Source: Catajapyx aquilonaris
Lineage: Eukaryota
DNA length: 20,000 nt
Direction of reading: 5' to 3'
Assembly (NCBI GenBank): GCA_000934665.2
Contig: KZ538395.1
Coordinates: 56,045 to 76,044 of the forward strand
Shown here: one piece after another, positions 1 to 11,612 of the stretch
How the letters are laid out: the number at the start of each line of letters is the position of its first letter
How positions within the stretch are numbered: position 1 is the stretch's first letter
Made by a program: the position numbers and the translations under genes
The notes under the pieces: model-generated
The model's input: only the letters and a program-made list of their open reading frames with translations
Told to the model about the DNA's origin: nothing
The model's database searches: none

Positions 1-3000
1 CCACCGGAGTGTCCTCCCCCCTCTCTCAAAACCATTTCTTGCTCCCCCCCCTTGGAAACGGCAAATGGAAAACTTATTACAGTGCATGGGAAATACAACT
101 TGTGGGAAATGGTATTTGGGCTTTCGGGCCGCCGGATGTTATGGGTCTCGGGCCAGCAAAGTCTCTCTTGACAAGAAGAATAAAAGTCCCGGATTACGAG
201 TCTTTATGCGGAGTTGAGGTTTCGGATGGTGAGGGGGTGCGCAGTGGGACAGAATTTTATGGCCGGGTTGATACAGGGGCAGAGATGATCCCTGGGTAAG
301 ATTCACCTTTTCCTCGCCGGACTGAGACTGCACCTGGTTAAATTTCTATCAGCTCCGGTTTATGGAACTCGGCGCGCCCGTCTTTTTATTAATTCACAAG
401 GCGACTTTGACGAATAAACATTGCTAATTGCACTCGGGATTAGTACATAGAACCTAGTTAATCTAATTTGCCTCTTATCGCGCCGGGGAGGTTCATAATC
501 AAGTTTTCTAACCGCTGGTTCAGGACGCCTCGACCTATTGACCCGAGACTTTTTAACGTGAAAATCTGATATTTTCCTATTTTATTAACTTTTTTTGTGC
601 TAGATTGCGTTTAAAAAGCTTACAATTTTTTTAAAGCCTGTAAGCGCATAGTTAAAAGCTTTGGGAGTTGGATGAGGTTTTGCTGTGTAGTTTCCAAAGT
701 CTTGGATGGTGGAATCGCAGGTAGGCCATCCATAAAGAGCGCCAAGTGTGGGGGTGACAAATGGCGGCAGGATGCAGGCATAATGATGCTTTATGACCCA
801 CCAAAAGAATGGAGTTCCCGCTCTTTTTTCCGGTAAAAATATATTTTTATTTGTAGCCTGCCTTTCCAAGAGAGGGGGAGGCACATCCAGTGTGGCGCGC
901 ATGTATAGTGGGGGATAGGATTATTGTCGAAGGAATAAATCATGAAACCGCGCCTCGTACAATGCATCATTTATAGGGAGTGCTGCAGCTATGCTCCCAT
1001 GTGGGAGCTTCATAATTCACAGCCAGACGGACATTTGCTGGTAGTTAGGTGATCAGTGTTGAGGGTAGGAAAAAATGGGGGTTAGCAGGACTGTTAGGTA
1101 ACATTTTGACCCATTTTTTTAAAAAAGTGCGGAGGGTGTGCCCCAAAATTGTTGTCTTGTCAGCAACAGCCCGGATTTCGAGGCGTCAGTTGTCAGTCAA
1201 AAAAAAAAGTTCTCGAGGGTATCACATGACATGACGAAACTTGCGAAACACAGAATAACTGTTGCTGGCTACTACGTTTACGGAGTGTCCAAAAGATCTT
1301 GAGAGCGTGGATTTTACACGCTGGCTATATGAGCCGACATGCATTTTGCCTTAACACTGCGCCTGGCACGCGCTCCCGGGGCGATAATTATTGGGAATGG
1401 TCAAAATATGACCTGCGACAATAATTTTACACCGTTGGGAGTGAAAAGCAGGGGCCTGTTAAAAGAGTTTATAGCCGGCCAGTGCAGGAGGGATAATAAC
1501 TTACTTGACTGTCGCTGGCTACGTCCAGCACCTCGTCCAGGGCTAGAGGCTTCATAATAGCCCCTCCCCTCTTGCAGAGGCACGTAGGCGAGAGGCTATA
1601 AAAATTATAGGCACCTGGCAGTTGTAGGCCGCTAATGACTGCGCACCGCGCTAATGTGAAGTATCGGGAATGGAATTGCGGACTGCAAAAGGCTTCTGGC
1701 AGGACTTTGATGGCTTCTCGGGAAGTATTTGAACCGTTTCGTAATGTTTCGAGGGGGCGGAGACTACTAGGCCACATCATAGTCGCCCGCTTTTATATCG
1801 ACAAGGCTGCATGCTGCAAAACCGCTCTTATTTTCGAGCACTACAGGCTGGCACACTGCCCATGTCCGACGCTCCGAACTATACTGGAGAGAGACTTACA
1901 AATCACTAGCCAATGTGTCCACAGCAGCTTTTAGCAGCTTTCTCGGCTGTAAAGTGATAGTTGCTGGAGCAAACAATCAGCATTACATCCTGCTTGACCT
2001 GTTCATTTGCGCAATGTACCACCCTGTTGGTCTGTGGATGGAATGATTTCTGGGTCGGTTCCTAATGAGGTATAGACGCTCTCCCACAAACAAGCTGAGG
2101 TGGTAGTTAGCAAGCGAGATAAGTGGATATTTTCCCGTCTAGGATTTTGCCCCTTTGGGTTTTCCCCCTCCCAAAATAAGGGTATATAGGGAGGAGGTTT
2201 TCGCCATGTTGACCCCGGGATTGCCCGTGGCGTGGAAAAGGCAGTGGCCGTTCAGAATCGCTCTTCTTTTGGGCGCTACGCTTTTGCAAATGGACTCCGG
2301 TGCCGGCGGGATAAGTGCACTTAGGCCCGGTGTAGGGGTGTACGTTGGGTTTTTTGGTGGGGGGGCATATAGAGGGGAAAGGGGGTAGTTTCATGGTTCC
2401 TATGGCAGCCAGCTCTGGGGGGGACTGAAGAGCGAGTCTTGTGGTTGCGGACCCCCAAAATGAGGTCTGGAGAGGATGCCTATTGTGCACTAATGGTCCC
2501 AAATATGGATTGTTGCATAGCAAACCGGGCGTGAAACAGGTGCAAACGGGCGGAAAACGTCGATTTGGAAACAAATGGAGGTGGGGTATTAGGCATCGGG
2601 GTGCGCAACAACTCGGAAGAGGAGGGGGGCCGAATTTTAGGAGAGGATGTTGAGAGAGGACCGGGTGCCAGGTTTCCCCTCCCTTGCTATGTATTACCCA
2701 AGTGTAAAGAGGAAGGTTTCAATTCATGCGTTGTATGTTATTAAATTAACAGGCACTGGCGTTATACCTGTGCACATGTTCTTGTCGGTCATGCCCTTTA
2801 AAATCCAAATGCATGTTTCATCCCTACGTCTGTAACTCGTGCATGGTCGAACTCTGCCGCATTTCAAAGTTCACTGTCCAACAGGCAGGATGATTGCTAT
2901 GCTTGTATCCCTAATTTAGTAGTCTTTCCGAATAACAATTTCTTTCCACTCTGCCATGCATTTTCTCTCCCCTCCATTTTTTTTTCGTGCACACTCCAAC

Positions 3001-3185
3001 GGTAATAACAGTAGTAAACTTTTGTAGCTGTCGATATATACATGCAGGCTTGTTATTACAAACTCCTTTTTGCTAGGGCGGCGGTATAACAGCCTCGCAA
3101 CTGCCAGACTCGCTACGTGTGTATTATATGTGCGGCGTGGGGTTATATTACGGTTGTTACTCTGTTTGTAGTGGCTTAACATGAG

Positions 3186-3359
3186 ATGTTGAGTTTTATA
3201 ACGAAGCTGGTGTTGTTGCTGACTGCTGCTGCTGCCGTCGCCATCTGTGCGCCTACATTTCTCGGATTTCGCCCCTTTCCTAGAAGACCCCCAGAATCCT
3301 TGGCGGAAATGAATTCTGAGAAACAGACGGAGCGAATTGCACACTCTAAACTTCTTTAG
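3186..3359 (+). CDS. Hypothetical 57-aa small ORF with a signal-peptide-like N-terminus
   Basis: Manual translation, ATG 3186 to TAG 3357-3359: MLSFITKLVLLLTAAAAVAICAPTFLGFRPFPRRPPESLAEMNSEKQTERIAHSKLL. Basic n-region, hydrophobic h-region, small residues before AP. It falls below the ORF-track size cutoff. No homology recognised. Confidence 0.15.
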   Translation: MLSFITKLVLLLTAAAAVAICAPTFLGFRPFPRRPPESLAEMNSEKQTERIAHSKLL

Positions 3360-6300
3360 GTTTTATAAACTACGCGTAATTACTGGAGGGAGTTCACTGC
3401 GTATAAAGTGAGCGGTGACCGCGGATTAAAATTACTGCAGGTCTCCCTATAGAGCTGGCTTTTATTATAATATCCGCATGAGCCCCGGTCATTATGCGCA
3501 GATAATAATGTAATACTGTGCAAATATTATGATCACTATAATGGTGCCAGCTGAACAAATCCAGCCAACTTCGTTTGCGCGAAAATTGAATAAAACCGAC
3601 CGTTATGTCAAAACATAACTGTACATTTGAATTAACTTTGTGCAGTGAGGCGATAATGTTGTGTTCGACTGTGTACCGTATATAATGTTGTACTTTTAAT
3701 AAAACAAATCCGGAACTCCCAGTATCATACATCAGTGATAAAAAGTAGTGGCTATGGAAGTTTCTAAAGAAATATGTCCACAGGATGGGAAAAGTACACA
3801 CGAAGTACTTCCCCTTTTCCCTCCCGGGAAACGCAACTGATCAAGCACCCACTTTGGCGAGCTATTAATAAAATCGGTGCAGTAATTGACTGCTGAACTT
3901 GTTTGCCCAGTAAAGCGCAATTTTGTGTCGACATCACACTAGAATGGAGTTGGGGAATAAAATTTCTCTTCCACCCCTCCCCCCTACCTAACTTCTTTTT
4001 TTTACCCCCCAGAAGATTGCCTATTTTTTTGTGGGTCCCGAAGGTGAATTGTTCTAATACTAAAATGGATGAGGTTGGCTCAGCTCACCTGAAAACTTCA
4101 CCACCTATAATCAGATCGGGCCACCAAAAATTGCAGCGTCATTGCGCATGTCGCCTGTAAGAATGCGTGTGGCAATTACTATTTTTTTTAACTCTCAAAA
4201 AAGTCGCCGAAGAGGATCCCGGTCGCGTAACGAGGTGGTAGTTAAATCAGGGTAAACCCCAGGCAAGCTGCTGGATGTGCCGGTGATAGATTTTGGACGG
4301 TAATATCCGGGTCGGGACCATTAAAGCGCCAAATTAATGTCTCCCCCAATACCATCTGGCAACCCACAGGGAAGGGTGATGTCGGGGAAAAAAAAATTCA
4401 CTTGGCCTTGTAGTTAAGGCCCACTTTTTTTCCTGCCCTTTTCCGTTTTTTTTTTTTTTGGAGCAACAGAGAGGAACAAGAGCCAATATGGTGGTCCCAG
4501 GTTAAATGTTGGCAAATGGAATAATTTATGTTGCGGGGCCTGCCTCGCCATGAATACCAAAGACGCGCCAGGAGATGAAATGGTGGAAGGGAGAAAACCT
4601 GGCACTTGATTCTTAACCTGCATAGTTTTTTTTCCTCTCTTTACTTTTTTCAATGAAGAAATTTTTACCCAATTGCGTCAGATTGGTGACGGGTGCAAGG
4701 GGACACAAAGTTGTTTCTGTCGCAGTGATTGGATCGATTTTGGGTTGACAGGTGATTTTTCGTTATGCCGGACCGACAGTTTTGCAGGAGAACCCAAATG
4801 ACTCTGTTCGTGGGGAAGGGATTGTCAAAGGCTGTCAAAAATGGCGAACTGGACGGATTTCTTAGGGGGGGAGCTGGCTAAATCCGCGATCCTAAGGCGA
4901 CAGCGAGGTCGTTCAGGAGAAGGAGAAAAAAAAAGTTGTCTTCGGGAAAAGGGTTTTTAAGCGAACAATTCGTGCCAAGGATGGCTATCCATTTGTCATT
5001 CGCAAAAAGGACGGCCGCGTCACACGAGTTGTTTCCAAAACACAACCAGCCACCATCTCCTTGAAAACCCTTGGTCTCACCATTCGCATCGGCACATTGG
5101 CGAGTGTGAATATACAAGTGGGTAGCCCGGAATTTTTTCGATCAAATGAAACGAGCCCGGTCGGAATCCACTCACCCATTTTTGTTTAACCCGCGTGTGG
5201 ATGGTGGAAAAAAAAAATACAGGGCTGCAATCCTTGAAGTGGTGTGAGCAGAGTGTTATTGAAGCTCTAGTTAAACCGAAACCGTCGAGCGGAAGAGCTC
5301 TCGAAGAATGTCATCAGGTGGACGTGCCCTGTGTGAAGTGGGCTCATCTTGCCCAGTGTGTGCTCCTGGATCATATGAGAGCGCCCATGTAACTGGACCG
5401 GGTTGCGAAACGCAATAGACTAGGGGATCGGGTGTAACTAACCAAAAGGGGAAAGGATTTTTTTTTTGTATATAGGGAGGACCCTGTCTGCTTGTTGGTG
5501 GTCCAGAAGGGCCCGCGGGACATGTTAAACGTGACTGCAGCCGCCATTCCTAATGATGCCTGATGGACCAAATACTCCGGAGACAATCCGGGCTCCCACA
5601 ATGCCAGTTCAAGACGGGGATTGATGATGCCTCCTCTCTTTTTTTTTTCTTCTCCCCGTATAGCCTGAGGAGTTTCCCGGGTAGGATTTACAGCCTGGTA
5701 TATATAGTCTATATTGAAAGAACTTAACGAGCTACATCACGGGGCTGTTTCTCTTTTCTCTTCCATTCCGGGGGGGATGGTGAGGTGCAGCGAGATGATT
5801 GCCATCAGGCATGATTTGAGGAAATTGAGCTTGGTTAATAAGTATTGAGACGCAGGAACCGTACTGGTGCCTTTTGCCACGTTACAGGCGTATATATGGA
5901 AAAACTAAGGACGTTATCATCAGGTTGTACACTCTTAATGGATAAAAAGACGCGGTGTATCTTTCCTAGTTTAACCCGAGTCGATCAGAATTCAGACCAG
6001 ATCAAGCTCGAGACTAAGGGAGTAGATTTTCTGTTCCAGACTAACAAGAACAAGTGGCTCATCTTAATATCACTTAGGGCTTTTCGTTGCAGCTCGAGCC
6101 TTCCAATCCCCCCCTCCCATTTTCGATCGATCCTCCATACAAATTGAGATTCAAGCTAAGAGGGCTTAATTAGCCAAATCAGTTCTTTGCATGGCACACA
6201 CTTTGCCTAAGGTTGGAGTGATTTGCAGGTGCGGAGGTTCGTCCCTTGACCAGAATGGAACAGGGCAGTTGGAAATAAAAACGACAAAAATTACCTCCGA

Positions 6301-7731
6301 ACCTTGCTTTTGTAGTTTGTGTGTGTATGCCCCGCATTAGTTTTCATCAGGTCGGTATTTCGGGTGGGCATTAATGCGCGACTTGCTAAATACTGCGCTT
6401 GGATTATGAATACTCTTGCGTAACCTGAAAATTTGGAGGTGCACTCGCAATGTTTACTCTGGTCCATGTAAAGCAGGTTAGTTGGAAACTGGAATGTTTC
6501 AAAAATCTTATAGGATGCATACTAGCTCGCAATATTTGAAGAAGAAAAATATTAAGTTTGCCAAAAACTAGCTGCAATTTCGAAAGTACGCCCTTAGACA
6601 AGACGGAAATGTTTACATGTAGGTTAATAGTTCAGTGTTATTTGTAAAGGAAAAAAAAAAGGTTCGAGTAATCTTTCCATGCTGACAGCAGAACCCCAGA
6701 ATCCCAGAAAGCACGAAATATTCAATAAAGCAAATAACGTGCCCAATTTGGAATAGCTTCCAGCCAATTTGTTCGTCGTAAATGCATTTGGATCCAATAT
6801 CCTACTTACACGTGGCCCCGTACCGTTTGTTTGACATCAGTACGCAGGTACCGGAACTGAGCCGAAGAAATTGAATTGCATATAGTGCCTTTTGTTGCAA
6901 GCTTATGCCGGATCACACGAGCTGTAAATACCAAGCTGAAGTCGCAAGTGCTCCTTTGGGAACTAAAAATAGCCTGTGATATGTGATTAATGAGTAGGTT
7001 TAGATGCGCAAACAGGCCTGTTATGGCAAAGAGGATGAAACTTCGTAAGTATACGCATAGGATGACAGTGTAAGGCTGACGGAAGAAAGCACATCTGAAG
7101 ACCCGGAATAATGAGAGAAATAAGCCGGTATGAGAAGAGACGGTATTAAAAACAAGTTGATTGGCCCGTGCAGGGTTTCAGTTGGTCGACAGGCAAGTTT
7201 GATGGCTCAGATACCTGCAATTAGACAGTGAAACGACGGCACCGAAAGAGAACTTATCCAGCCTCCTAATGGGGAGGAATCTGTCAGTGATGAGGGAGCC
7301 AATAAGAGCTTGGTTAAAGTGTGCCTTACTACTTGCTTCTGGGAAGAGAGAGAGTTCCCATGTTGGAGAAGCTGGGTGGCATTTATTTCCCATCGGGCAA
7401 AGTCTGAGGGAAAAGGCAAGGCGAGTCCCGCCCGTAAAATTTCGATATTCAGGTGTGGTCGCGCTTCTTGTTTGCTTGAGTGCCTTTACTTGATTGAATC
7501 TTGGAGCCGTGATGGTGGTGGTGGCTGCGGTTTATTGTGCGCCAACCGGGCTGCTCCACAAAAGTCCCAAAGAGATTCCATTTCCTGATGTCTTTTCGAT
7601 ACCGCGCGGCTAACTTGTTATTTGCTTGGAACCCAAGGCGGAGATGTGCTCCAATGATAGGTTTGTGTGTCGTCCAATGCCAACGCGGGACTTGCAGAAT
7701 GGAGAGAAGAATTGGCTGGATAAAATATCGG

Positions 7732-7849
7732 TCCTCTTCTTCTTTTACCCCCCTCCCCACTCCTCCCAAACCTCTTCTTCCTTCACCTCCAAAAAAAAAA
7801 CGAAGAAGAAGAAAAAAAAGAGTGGATGATGGGGGAGGAGAGAGAAGGA
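7732..7849. repeat. Low-complexity pyrimidine tract abutting a purine tract
   Basis: About 59 nt of mostly C/T (tcctcttcttcttttaccccctcccc...) switches at 7791 to mostly A/G (aaaaaaaaaacgaagaagaagaaaaaaaagag...ggagagagaagga). Confidence 0.7.
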
Positions 7850-7879
7850 CCTGACTGCTGTTGCTTCTTTATTTTTTAC

Positions 7880-7956
7880 CACTTAGTGGCAAAGTGGTTA
7901 GGCTGACACCGCTTAGGAGGACTAGTGTACATGCTCGCTGGGTTGAATTCAAAGCT
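7880..7956 (+). pseudogene. Degenerate tRNA-like sequence / head of a tRNA-derived SINE
   Basis: Pol III A-box match TGGCAAAGTGG (7887-7897) followed by TTAGGC, and a degenerate B-box GGGTTGAATTC (7940-7950) about 42 nt downstream, a spacing typical of long-variable-arm tRNAs (Leu/Ser). I could not fold an intact cloverleaf. Confidence 0.3.
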
Positions 7957-10900
7957 TGAGCACTGTTGCTCACTGGAGGGCTCAGAACATCCTCTTTTGC
8001 TCTATAGGGAACTAGCATTGTTTCTTGATAATTTTATATTCAACTTGTGAATGTGGCATGTAACTAAAGAGTATACATTATTCTAAAGACAAGGGCTGGT
8101 ATTTTCTTCCCATTAGCACTACTAAGTTAGCAGTAACTAGCAGTGGGACGAAAATTTCACCCCTGGTATTCACCTGCAACTGTCAATTTGCCAAGTAAGT
8201 ACCGTGTGAATAATCTGCGTATAGAGGTGGCAAAAATTGCGAGTAACTTTTGACACACCCTGTACAGGTGCTGCACCTTTGTGTTGGCTGCTGAGGGGAA
8301 TTGAGCTTCCCTCCCTATTTTTCGGCGCAAGAGACATCTATCACTACTAAACTGGGGGAGCGAGCCCCCAAATAATAATTGCAATCCGGTTATCTGCGTT
8401 CAAAGGAGGGGCCATGAAGTGAAAAAAATGTCCCCTCTGACCCATCACACCCAACGAAATGTCCCCAGCCGTTAATACTATCAATTAAAATCGTTTGATA
8501 GCGGTATTTGGTTGCGACCAGTTAGTTTTAAATAGGCAATTGTAGCAATGCGGATTCCCGCTGCATGGCACAAAAGCCCTGAATGGGTGGCAACATTTTT
8601 TTTTAAACCTCCCCCACTCCCCTCCTCCTGCAGGGCAACAAATCCCATTATTATCCGATAATCACGACCGTAGGCGTTTGATGTTTGACCTCCCTTTGAC
8701 CCCCCCCCTGGCACCCCTCCGGATGGCAGCAGCGACGCCGCCGCCCTGTTTTAGCAACCCCCCCTCGGTTTTAATCTTTGGACGGGAGATGAGGAATTAC
8801 AAAGGGAGTTGGGATTGCACGCCAGATGAAACGGCAGACATTTTAATCTCCCGAGTCTAACAGCATTACATGGAATGCTCGCTGCCAAATGACAGGTACG
8901 GTTTCGCTTTGCAAAGTGTTGCTGGAGAGATGCACTCGCAAAGACGTGATCAAGCCGAGGGATGCTGGCCATCGTGTGTCAACCAGATTTAGAAGGGCAC
9001 GATTCCTTCTTCCGAGTCAGGCCTTAATGGCTGATGTCACGAATTGGCCGACGTTTTTTTTTGGAGGGGCTTTTTTTCTGCTGGGCCAAGATGAATTCGA
9101 GTTCTGGACTGTTAGGAACATGATTCATTTAGTGCTGGAAAGTAGCTCCTACTTCCCATCTGAAGGAGTCTTCCAACTGAACTGTCAGGATTAGTTATCT
9201 CTTCTTTTTTTCCCCCATTTAACTGGTTGTAGAGGCCGCTGTAATGAATGAAAGCATCCTCTCAGAGCCTGAATTGAAATATATATTTTACTCTCGTTTC
9301 ATATGACATAGACTTGAACTTCCACTCGTTACAAAAAAAAATGCAATTATGAAAATTTGAGTATTTTTGTCTGCAATTACAGTGTAAAGTAGAGGTTGAT
9401 ATATGCTGTATGAGGCTCCAGAATTGAAATATGCAGGGTGGTGCAGTGCCTCAGGCCACAGTTCACAGGATGAGGATCCATTATAAATTCCTTAGCTCAT
9501 TAACTAGTTTAGTTCATTTTTGCTGCAATCAGAGGCCATTCACTTGTGATTGAAACTATAGCAGTAGGAGGAAAACCATAATTACAGTAATACTTGTGCT
9601 GTTATTTTCGCAATAGCAGTGCCAATATTTGTCGACTATCGAGTCGTGTAACCCTGAGAACATCGGGGTGCACCAGACAAGCGGAAAGCAGTGCGGGCGT
9701 TACATCCTGACAGTTAGGCAGCCAACATGACGTCCTCCTCATTAACTCCATTATGCTCAACACACCGGAGGGCCTGACAGAGCACACACAGAAGCGAAAC
9801 TAGGCGACCTGGCCCGTATCGAACTGCTGAGCGACAGTGTGCAACACGTGCCCCGAAGCACGATGTAAAGTTGACTGTCTGAGGAGGTTGGAATTTCCGT
9901 TTGGATTTACCTCCCCTCTTGTCAGACACACCTCCAGTGCTTGTCAGGTATTTCCTAGATGATCCGGAGATGGCCAAAAGCAGCGTCGAGGTAGTTACGC
10001 TGGGGCCAACAACAATCATCTCCATCATCCTTTAGTCATAGGGAGGTGCGTCCCTCTCCGGTGCGGGCCTCGTTATGGGGCGCGATGAAATATTTAGGCA
10101 AGATGTGATGAGGGCGAGGGGTCAGTGGGCAGCTAGGGAGGGCTTGGTTATGAGAGTATTACGACCCTGCTTGCCTCGTGGAGGGAAGGGGCGGAAAAAA
10201 AGAAAGAGGCTGTGATCATCCAGGGATGGGGGTCCTGTCGCTTTTATGCCTGTATGAGGCAGTACTTCAACTCAAAATAAATTAATCGGCCTTAAACCGC
10301 AGGTATATATCGCGGAGAGGGCTGAAGGCGTAACTCATTACCTTTGAGATATGATAGGAATTTTGGGCAAATTTGGGCCTCGGCGGTGCACCTATTCGGC
10401 TAGATGAGTTGGGCGTTTTCTTTCGCTTAGTAGGCATTAGGTGGTGTATAATACGTTTCCTGTGGAATCGTGCTCTGCCCCCCAGATAGTACTCCTCACC
10501 CAGAAAAGGAGGTCTTCCTGCCCCATCCGGATGTTGGCCGATTGAATATATGAAGGCAACTAACTCTCCAATTTGGCCATTCCGAACGTGACCATTTTGG
10601 GATCCTGCAAAAATTGAGTAGAAGGGAAGGGGGGGAGAGTTGTGCAAGAAAACTTTTCTCATATTGGCCGCCACCTTGGGAAAGGTTAAGGAACATGACT
10701 GGGAGCACTTGCGGTTGCGGCGAGGATTATGGGTAAAGGAAGATGGCGCCTTGTGCATCTTCCCCCCCCCCCCTCCCTTCTTATTCCTCCTTCCCCCCGA
10801 CTTAGCCGTGCCACCATAAATCCTAGGTGCAGCAGCTGATTTGCAGTGCCCCGAGCCGCACGCTGGCTGATTAATCTCCAAGCAGGAGCGAGATATTACG

Positions 10901-11592
10901 GGGAGGAGGCAATTTATTTAGGGAAATGGCTTGGGGGGCACGAGAAGAGCATCCGTGTGGCACGCCTTCAAGACTCTTCCTTTAGACGCCTCCACGAAAG
11001 ATTTACTAGCCAAATTGAGACACATTTCGAATGCTGGGGACCCCACTTTATGCACCGTCACTCTGGCAACACCGCCGCGATGCAAGAGCCACCTGGTGAG
11101 ACTCTAAGGAACATCAGAACCTGGTGGGACGCCTTGGAACTAATTTTTTTTCTCTCGCTCTCTCTCTCTCCGCGTGTTGAACTGCAGGAGATCCGGACAG
11201 GTTTTGCGGGCAAAGGGATATGCTACCCCGACTGCCACTGTCATTAGGCGGCGGACAATGATTGTAAACAACCACCGTTGCCTGGCGACGCAAATGGCAC
11301 TTTCTACCCCCATCCACTCCACCCCCCTTTTCCTGCTCCCTGCCTTGGGTGCAAGTGGAAATGAAGGACCTCTGCAAGAAGGCAGGCAGTAGATTCATCA
11401 AGTTGCCTCGGGGAGGCTCGAGAATAAATTATGAAAAGGCAAGATGTAGCTTGGGCACATTGCTGTTGGGAGAAAAATGCGAGGGAAAATAAGTAAAGAG
11501 AGAGAAGCGCATCCGGCGGATTACACTTTATGTTGCGGACTCTTTTTTTTCCCTCTCTCTCTGGGAGGAGGACTTGATACACTTCTCTCCAT

Positions 11593-11612
11593 GACGACGA
11601 CGACGACGACGA
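11593..11612. repeat. (GAC)6 trinucleotide microsatellite
   Basis: gacgacgacgacgacgacga read directly. Confidence 0.9.

Noticed and set aside
4083..4095. Minus-strand TTTTCAG|GTGAGC acceptor-donor fusion
   Set aside because: The pyrimidine tract is only TTTTC with a competing AG immediately upstream, much weaker than the 18994 site. It would matter only if the organism uses nematode-style short acceptors.
7157..7170. 14-nt exact repeat ttgattggcccgtg, also at about 17836-17849
   Set aside because: About one such 14-mer match is expected by chance in 20 kb, and the flanks do not extend.
7537..7854. NLS-like PPKKKRRRRKKR in ORF 7537..7854 (similar in 14211..14459)
   Set aside because: Simply the translation of A/G low-complexity tracts.
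10282..10881. Longest ORF (199 aa, - strand) and other 100-176 aa ORFs such as 12764..13294 and 2107..2574
   Set aside because: No recognisable domain, non-ATG starts, composition driven by homopolymers, and overlap with similar ORFs on the other strand; consistent with chance ORFs.
11437..11448. AGGCAAGATGT, matching the 5' half of miR-31 (also near 10096); similar partial matches to other miRNAs elsewhere
   Set aside because: The match stops after about 11 nt and there is no precursor hairpin.
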